Positions 58,152-64,000 of a stretch of 64,000 bases of DNA are shown piece after piece (the first letter of the stretch is position 1; each line of letters opens with the position of its first letter). Made by a program: the position numbers and the translations under genes. The DNA lies in NCBI GenBank assembly GCA_958448515.1, contig CAUDEF010000001.1, forward strand, positions 15,488 through 79,487. The letters are read 5' to 3'. The notes beneath the pieces are model-generated. The model was not told the origin of the DNA and did no database searches. It worked only from the letters and a program-made list of their open reading frames with translations. Source of the DNA: an uncultured Phascolarctobacterium sp. GTDB taxonomy: Bacteria; Bacillota; Negativicutes; Acidaminococcales; Acidaminococcaceae.

Positions 58152-59348
58152 TTAGTCCGGTATTGCTGAAAATAAATCAAATAGTGGAGTTATTACAGCA
58201 CATACAACCAATGCAGTCATCAGCGCAGCCGTCAGCAAAAGCACAGGCGCCAGAATCTCTTTAAAAGTGTTCAGCTTGTTTTTTAAATCCTGTTCCAGTA
58301 TCTTGGATGCCTCACTCAGCATATAAGGCAATTTGCCTGTTGCCGTACCAACAGCAATAAACTCCACTGTCAAGGCAGAAAATATATTGCGTACATTTCT
58401 TGCAGCCAGTCCCATATCTACGCCACGTTCCAGACTTCTGCTGAAAATGACAATTTCTGCCTGACCATAGCTTTTCCTATAAACCTTTCCTGCTTCATTT
58501 ACTGCATGAGTAATGTTGATTCCACTGCTGAGCAGCAAGGAAAGAATCCTGCAAAACCTTATCTCCAATATCAGGCTGTAAACACTCTTTAACACAGGTA
58601 ATTTCAAAAGCATATCTATGATGACATTGTAATTTTTGATACAGCAAAACACTGCCAGAAAAATTATCACTGACAATACCGTACCATAAGTATCAAGAAA
58701 GCTGCTCAGCAGCAAAATATTCTCCAGCAAAAAACCTGGTCTTGCCTGCATACTGATATAAGTTTTTGCCAGTACAGGTAAGACATATATCATAAAGAAG
58801 ACAAGAACTGCCAGCGATGCCAGAAGAAGAAGCACCGGATATGCGGCAGCCTTATACAAAAAATGTTTTAAAAGATATTGCTTTTCATAGTAATCTGCAA
58901 TCTCCTGCAGGACCTGATTTAATGAACCGCTCATCTCTCCTGCTTCTACCAGAATAACAGCTAAAGGAGGAAAAAAATCAAGATGTCTTGCCATAGCCAT
59001 ATTTAATGAAGAGCCTTTGCATAATTCATCTTTCAGCTGCCAGCATAAAGCACCGGCACGGCTGTCAAGCCTGTGCTGCAACAAATCTATTCCTTGCAGC
59101 AGGGGAACTCCACTATTTAATATTACAGCTAATTGTTTAAAAAATATAATACGCTGCTTATCCGTAAAATTTCCCTTTTTGCGAAAAATAGATGTTTGTA
59201 AGAAATTATTTCCTGCTTTTTCTAAGTGAACAATATATGCATACTTCTTTTTAATTAAAGCAGCAGCTTCAAACTTCGAAACAGCTTCGACCTTGCCTTC
59301 ATATACCATCCCATCTAAATTGCGGGCTTTCCACGAATATAAAGAAAT
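58152..59348 (-). CDS. comGB: type II secretion/type IV pilus platform protein (GspF/PilC/ComGB family)
   Basis: Two T2SSF-like repeats, each with 3 TM. The first ATG is 59309. AAGGAGG lies 8 nt upstream of in-frame ATT 59348, and the added residues (ISLYSWKARNLDG) fit the usual PilC N-terminus. Confidence 0.75.
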   Translation of the reverse strand: MSLYSWKARNLDGMVYEGKVEAVSKFEAAALIKKKYAYIVHLEKAGNNFLQTSIFRKKGNFTDKQRIIFFKQLAVILNSGVPLLQGIDLLQHRLDSRAGALCWQLKDELCKGSSLNMAMARHLDFFPPLAVILVEAGEMSGSLNQVLQEIADYYEKQYLLKHFLYKAAAYPVLLLLASLAVLVFFMIYVLPVLAKTYISMQARPGFLLENILLLSSFLDTYGTVLSVIIFLAVFCCIKNYNVIIDMLLKLPVLKSVYSLILEIRFCRILSLLLSSGINITHAVNEAGKVYRKSYGQAEIVIFSRSLERGVDMGLAARNVRNIFSALTVEFIAVGTATGKLPYMLSEASKILEQDLKNKLNTFKEILAPVLLLTAALMTALVVCAVITPLFDLFSAIPD

Positions 59349-59549
59349 ATATATCGCCTCCTTACCTATCTAGTATTCCACTTTTTTCATATTTTGTCTT
59401 TACTGTTTTGCCACACCTGTGAAATATGCGTGTACTCCCAGTGAATTATTGTTGAAATTTTCAGAATTATTGACACCCTGTTATCATCCCTTTTATACTT
59501 AAAGCAGAAATATATTATTCAGATCTTAAAGAAAGCTCAGGTTATACTT

Positions 59550-60116
59550 ATGAAATTTATTCTTACACTTCTTTGCAGTCTGCTAATTTTAGTCAGTACC
59601 ATTTCTTCAGCAGCAGCTGAAAATCGTTGGCTGCCCGTCGGCAGTGATGCAAACAACAAAACCTCGTGGTATGTTGACAGCAAAACACTGACAGTAAATG
59701 ATAATAAAACAACATCCTTCTGGGCAAAAGTTATTTTAAATAATCCCAAATATGATATTGTCGAAATTAAGCTTAAATATCTTCTGGCAGCAGATAAACT
59801 GCAGCTGACCAAACTGCAGGAAATAGGATACAACGATAAAAAAGAAATTTTATGGAATAATAACGTTACAAAGACTATTTCTGTAATTCCGGGCTCAGGA
59901 CACGAAAAATTAATTATTTTCATTGATGATTTTCTTAAGGAAAAAGAGCGTCTAAAGAAAAATACCGAAGAAAAACAAAAATCTGAGCCTGCCGCAAAAA
60001 AAAATCAGCAGACAATCGAAGAAAAAAATACAGCTGACAGTAATGTTAACCCAAAAAAGGCAGTTACAGATGCTGACTCTGAAAAAGATGCAGAGCAAAA
60101 AGACCAGAAGCAATAA
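59550..60116 (+). CDS. secreted hypothetical protein with Lys/Glu-rich tail
   Basis: Signal peptide MKFILTLLCSLLILVSTISSAAA, a ~110-aa globular part, then a low-complexity KE-rich C-terminus. TTGACA-18-TATACT promoter upstream (59480..59509). Confidence 0.6.
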   Translation: MKFILTLLCSLLILVSTISSAAAENRWLPVGSDANNKTSWYVDSKTLTVNDNKTTSFWAKVILNNPKYDIVEIKLKYLLAADKLQLTKLQEIGYNDKKEILWNNNVTKTISVIPGSGHEKLIIFIDDFLKEKERLKKNTEEKQKSEPAAKKNQQTIEEKNTADSNVNPKKAVTDADSEKDAEQKDQKQ

Positions 60117-60136
60117 ATGCTTCTGGTCTTTTTTAC
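60101..60136 (+). terminator. intrinsic terminator overlapping the end of the 188-aa gene
   Basis: agaccagaagc-aataaat-gcttctggtct followed by TTTTTT. Confidence 0.85.
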
Positions 60137-60146
60137 CAATTTTATT

Positions 60147-61334
60147 TTAAACTTCCTGTTCGTTTTTATGAGTCATAAAAACAGTCACGCTTATACCCAA
60201 CAGAATAATACCTGCCAGGATAAATACTGATTTAATAGGATAATATGTAGCAATAACGCCACCTAAGAGAGGTCCTATCATGGAGCCAAACTGCTGAGCA
60301 GAAAACATAAAGCCAAAAACCTGACCTTTTTGGTCCTGGGTTGTTTTATTTGCCAAAATAGCACTCAGCGATGGATTTATGCCTGCAAAAAATAAGCCTA
60401 CTACAAAATTCAAAGCAGCAAATACTATCAGCGTATCAGGTACAGCTGTAGATAAAGTTGCAATACCTGCCAGCATGGCAGCCAAAGCTAATGATTTATA
60501 AAAACCGTTTCTCTGTCCAAAACGACCCCATAAGGGAGCTGTTAAGGCACTGGCAATACCAACAAGAGAAAATACCAGTCCGGACACAAAAACAATATTA
60601 TCCATACTGTGATTAAGCTCTGCCACATACAGACTTATCATAGGCTGGATAAGCAATATTACCATCTGTACCAGTCCTGCATAAATAAGTGCCTGTCTGA
60701 TTGCAGGCTGTTTATATAAAGCAGACGCCTTTTCTCTTTTTTTGACGCTGACGTTTGCTTCAGATTTGGGTGGCTCCGGAATATAAAGGTAAAAAATAAT
60801 GGTAATGATCAGGAGCACCAGCCCGCCTACCATAAAAGAAGCCCTCATGCCAAAGCATGAAGCTAAAATTCCGCCAAGCAAAGGGCCAACAACGTTACCA
60901 ACAGTAAGCCCTGACTGCATAATGCCAAGGCTTATACCAAGCTTATCCAAAGGTACGCTTGATGTTGCTATAGCAAGACATACAGCCCAAAGGCCTGCAG
61001 CAAAACCATGCAGAACCCTTACCCCAAACATCTGCTCAGGCGTGGTAACAAAAGCTCCCAATAAATAAGCTATTGATAAACCTAAGCCCGAACGAATAGC
61101 CATCAGCTTTTTTCCCTTTTTATCAGCCATCCTGCCCCATACAGGCGATAAAATACCGCCAATTAAAAATGTGATGGAAAAAATAGCTCCTGACCAGAGC
61201 TTAACTTCATCCTGACTAACTCCCAGTTCCGTAATCAGATACATTGGCAAAAAAGGAATCAGCATCGTATAGCTGGCAGCCATAAATACAACATTGGCTG
61301 TCAAAATAGCCAAAACAATTTTCCAGTTCTTCAT
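60147..61334 (-). CDS. MFS transporter (MdtG/drug-efflux-like, 12 TM)
   Basis: GRMADKKGKKLM is MFS motif A. 395 aa. Confidence 0.8.
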   Translation of the reverse strand: MKNWKIVLAILTANVVFMAASYTMLIPFLPMYLITELGVSQDEVKLWSGAIFSITFLIGGILSPVWGRMADKKGKKLMAIRSGLGLSIAYLLGAFVTTPEQMFGVRVLHGFAAGLWAVCLAIATSSVPLDKLGISLGIMQSGLTVGNVVGPLLGGILASCFGMRASFMVGGLVLLIITIIFYLYIPEPPKSEANVSVKKREKASALYKQPAIRQALIYAGLVQMVILLIQPMISLYVAELNHSMDNIVFVSGLVFSLVGIASALTAPLWGRFGQRNGFYKSLALAAMLAGIATLSTAVPDTLIVFAALNFVVGLFFAGINPSLSAILANKTTQDQKGQVFGFMFSAQQFGSMIGPLLGGVIATYYPIKSVFILAGIILLGISVTVFMTHKNEQEV

Positions 61335-61442
61335 TTTCTTCTTCTTTCCGCAGATAAAATTTACAATTTACAAAAAATATTATCGTAAATTGTTTCAAAG
61401 CATGGTAGTAATTATAGCAAAACTCATCTCAATAGTAAATAA

Positions 61443-61485
61443 AAAAACAGAAACAGCCTGTTTAAAACAGGCTGTTTCTGTTTTT
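61443..61485. terminator. bidirectional intrinsic terminator after the flavodoxin gene
   Basis: aaaaacagaaacagcctgtt-taa-aacaggctgtttctgttttt, a perfect stem. Confidence 0.9.
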
Positions 61486-61529
61486 GGAGGAGAAAATATT
61501 ACTTTGCTTTGTAAGCAAATAGCAGCTTA

Positions 61530-61955
61530 TTATGATTGAGCCAGCAATTTACCGGCTTGCTCGCAGCTTTCCAGGGCAGCAGCATCAGGTGTACCCATAG
61601 CTAAAATACCATCGGTCAGCAATTCAGCACCTGCAGCTTTTACTCTGCTTTCCCAGTCCTGCATAAAAGAACCGCCCCATCCGTAGGAGCCAAATAAAAT
61701 TACCTTTTTACCGGACAACATTCCTTCCAGTTCTGCAAAAAAGGGTTCAAACTCATATTCTTCCAGCACTTCTACTCCCATGGACGGACAGCCAAGAGCC
61801 ATAACTGGATATTGGGCAGCCTCCTGTGCAGACATTTCATCTACACGCACAAGCATAGCCTCTTTACCTTCAGCATTAACAGCTGCAGCAATAGCCTCAG
61901 CCATCATTTGTGTATTTCCGCTGGCACTCCAGTAAATAACAGGAATCTTATTCAT
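61530..61955 (-). CDS. short-chain flavodoxin
   Basis: MNKIPVIYWSASGNTQMMAEAI is the FMN phosphate-binding loop. AAGGAGG RBS precedes ATG 61955. Confidence 0.88.
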   Translation of the reverse strand: MNKIPVIYWSASGNTQMMAEAIAAAVNAEGKEAMLVRVDEMSAQEAAQYPVMALGCPSMGVEVLEEYEFEPFFAELEGMLSGKKVILFGSYGWGGSFMQDWESRVKAAGAELLTDGILAMGTPDAAALESCEQAGKLLAQS

Positions 61956-61965
61956 AGTAGCCTCC

Positions 61966-62541
61966 TTATCCGGCATTCACTGCCATATGCAGCGATACGC
62001 CGCTGGTTAATTTATTCAATAAATAATCCCGGCATTTTTCATATGCGGAAAATATTTTTTGAGCTTCTGTTACATCACCGTAAACTTTCCAGTAGCCGCT
62101 GTATTTACAGTTATCTCCTTTATTAAGCACAAACCCCAGAACATCTTCCAGAGGATATTCTAAAAAAATACCAATCTCATGAGGGAAACTTTCTCCCTGC
62201 TGCAGGCGTTGTTCTAAAAAAGCAAGATCTTCATCAAGAGTATTATTTTTGTTATATCCTGCTGCAGTAAGATAAGCTCTGCAGCCTTTGTCACGCAAAA
62301 GAGCACCCAGGCGCTCTTTATTATAAACCAGCAGCAAACTGCGTTTACTGCAGCAGCACAGTTTTTTGAAAACTATTCCGTTATCAGCAAACTGACTGTT
62401 ATAAGCCGATATAAAAACTTCCATATCTTCACTGTTTTCATTAGCCACAGAAATCATATTGGCAGCTTTAATATTCATTAAAACCGGAGAACAGTGAAAA
62501 GCTATCAGTTCATCAAAACTTGAAAATCCATAGAGATTCAT
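61966..62541 (-). CDS. DUF3793 family protein
   Basis: The block FHCSPVLMNIKAANMISV is typical of DUF3793. AAAGGAG RBS precedes ATG 62541. Confidence 0.65.
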   Translation of the reverse strand: MNLYGFSSFDELIAFHCSPVLMNIKAANMISVANENSEDMEVFISAYNSQFADNGIVFKKLCCCSKRSLLLVYNKERLGALLRDKGCRAYLTAAGYNKNNTLDEDLAFLEQRLQQGESFPHEIGIFLEYPLEDVLGFVLNKGDNCKYSGYWKVYGDVTEAQKIFSAYEKCRDYLLNKLTSGVSLHMAVNAG

Positions 62542-62565
62542 ATTCGGCTCCTTTCGATTAGTTAT

Positions 62566-62654
62566 AGCTAACCAATGTATACAAGGAAATGCAAAGGGAT
62601 GGTCAAGGCTAAATATCATATAATCCAGAAGGGTTAGTTATACATTGGTTAGCT
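62566..62654. repeat. 16-nt perfect inverted repeat separated by 57 nt in the DUF3793-flavodoxin leader
   Basis: agctaaccaatgtata (62566..62581) and tatacattggttagct (62639..62654). Each arm is preceded by TTAGTTATA. Confidence 0.8.
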
Positions 62655-62722
62655 TTGTCTAACTACATGTTTATAATAACACATTTACCTTAAGTTAGCA
62701 ATAGCTAATCAAAAATTTTTTC

Positions 62723-62757
62723 AAAAAAAATCAGTCGGCACTGATCTGTCCGACTGA
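62723..62757 (-). terminator. intrinsic terminator after the aminotransferase gene
   Basis: Minus strand: tcagtcgg-acagatcagtg-ccgactga followed by T8. Confidence 0.85.
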
Positions 62758-62765
62758 CTGCACTA

Positions 62766-63956
62766 TTAATACTTAAGCATCTTCAATTTTTCCTTAATTT
62801 TTTTGTTTTCTTCAGGCGTGCCTACAGTTAACCTGATACATCCCTGATAGTAGGCATCTTCCGAAAAATCAGCTGCCAGAATCCCATTTTGCAGCAGATA
62901 TCTGTAGATGAATTTACCTCCGGCAGAAAGTTCACTCAGCTTATTTTCTCCGTAAACCTCTCTGTAACTTTCACTCAGTACTCCCGTCATACTTCCCGGC
63001 CGAAAAAGAACAAAATTAGCACCTGACTCCCACACCTGAAATTTTTCCTGACGCAGAAAACTTTGCAGTTCATTTCGTTCTGCAACGACAGTCTTTATTA
63101 TATCCTTATATAAATGCTTGTACTCGTAAACAGCTTTGGCTGCCATCAATGTATATGCACTTACACTGTACGGCATAATAACCTTGCCTAAAATGCGCAT
63201 TATCCCGGCACTGCCTACTGCATAACCGCAGCGCACCCCCGCAATGCCATACGCCTTTGAAAAGCTGCGCACGCATATCGCATTACTGTACTTGCCGTTT
63301 AAAGTAAGTACTGACCCGGCCACCAGCCAGATCTTATTTAAAGGACGCAAATCAAGAGCATCTACTTCTCTGCCGCCGGCAAACTCAATATACGTTTCGT
63401 CTACAACAACAGGGCATTTTACATACGCCAGAATTTTTTCAATGGTACTTAAAGGACTGTAAGCTCCTGTAGGATTATGCGGATTGCACAATATTAAAAG
63501 AGCTGGTTCTGTCTTTTTGCAAAACTCAATAACTGCATCAGCATCCAGTGCTCCGCTGCTTTCTGTTTCATACGGAGCTTCGGCACTGTCAGCAATATCG
63601 ACAAAACGCCTGTACAAAAATCCCGCCGTTGCCGGAAAAGCTATTTTTCTTCCACTGCCGCCAAAGGCGTAGCATACTTTCTGCAAAATATCTCCTGCAC
63701 CATTACCGATTTTGATATTATCCACTGAAATTTCCAGTTCATCTGCAATAGCCTGCGCCAGATATTCTGATTTTACCGGGGGATATCTGTTAAAAGGAAA
63801 ATCTTCAGTAATATTTTTCAGTTTATCTCTTACAGGTTCCGGCATAGGATAATTACTTTCATTAGCATTAACAATAATTTCCGCCTCAACGTGCTCTACA
63901 GTGTAGTCATATATTTTCTCAATACCATCGCGTGCAGAAAATACTTCCATTGTCAT
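62766..63956 (-). CDS. class I/II PLP aminotransferase (histidinol-phosphate aminotransferase / CobD-like family)
   Basis: ANESNYPMPEPV...FNRYPP at the N-terminus, LCNPHNPTG, and SFSKAYGIAGVRCGY with the PLP Lys. Confidence 0.75.
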   Translation of the reverse strand: MTMEVFSARDGIEKIYDYTVEHVEAEIIVNANESNYPMPEPVRDKLKNITEDFPFNRYPPVKSEYLAQAIADELEISVDNIKIGNGAGDILQKVCYAFGGSGRKIAFPATAGFLYRRFVDIADSAEAPYETESSGALDADAVIEFCKKTEPALLILCNPHNPTGAYSPLSTIEKILAYVKCPVVVDETYIEFAGGREVDALDLRPLNKIWLVAGSVLTLNGKYSNAICVRSFSKAYGIAGVRCGYAVGSAGIMRILGKVIMPYSVSAYTLMAAKAVYEYKHLYKDIIKTVVAERNELQSFLRQEKFQVWESGANFVLFRPGSMTGVLSESYREVYGENKLSELSAGGKFIYRYLLQNGILAADFSEDAYYQGCIRLTVGTPEENKKIKEKLKMLKY

Positions 63957-64000
63957 TATTTTGCGTCATCATCCTTATTTTTTCTTATTATGGGCATAAC
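63956..64000 (-). CDS. 3' end (14 codons) of an unidentified upstream gene
   Basis: The in-frame reading ...VMPIIRKNKDDDAK ends with TAA, which overlaps the next ATG (TAATG). Too short to classify. Confidence 0.3.
   Translation of the reverse strand, partial: VMPIIRKNKDDDAK

Overview
A 64-kb chromosomal segment with no rRNA, tRNA, CRISPR or mobile elements seen, and about 90% of genes on the minus strand. The content points to a low-GC diderm Firmicute (Negativicutes-like). It combines TolC and MlaFED outer-membrane lipid-transport genes with the classic Firmicute synteny rpmE, prfA-prmC-tsaC-rpiB-glyA-upp, wecB, the atp operon, murA and mreB. Left part (1-13.4 kb): a complete Malonomonas-type, biotin-dependent, Na+-pumping malonate decarboxylase locus. 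It holds mdcA-mdcC-mdcD-mdcE, a ligase-like gene, mdcG, two madF copies, madL, madM and mdcB, plus a separate sub-operon of a small subunit, madB and birA. An AEC permease and a PaaI thioesterase lie just downstream. The most unusual point is that this locus carries two HutP-family (RNA-binding antiterminator) paralogs. Each is followed by an intrinsic terminator placed in front of the structural genes. One leader has two sets of three NAG triplets, and the second set forms the 5' arm of the terminator. This looks like an undescribed HutP-type riboregulatory switch for malonate decarboxylation. Other notable items follow. The biotin-carrier gene is tandemly duplicated and the copies differ only at synonymous sites. 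The ATP synthase operon has no stand-alone delta gene; only the delta C-terminal domain is present, fused in frame to alpha. MlaD has a long C-terminal extension that looks like an outer-membrane beta-barrel. A tight cluster of four DnaA boxes sits in an intergenic region. A [FeFe]-hydrogenase-like gene is paired with a short nitrite/sulfite-reductase-like gene. A nitrogen island holds type III glutamine synthetase behind an attenuator-like leader, followed by an AmtB-PII fusion. A ComG-like pseudopilus operon lacks an ATPase and probably starts at an ATT codon. All calls come from reading the sequence and ORF translations and from remembered family motifs; no database search was run.
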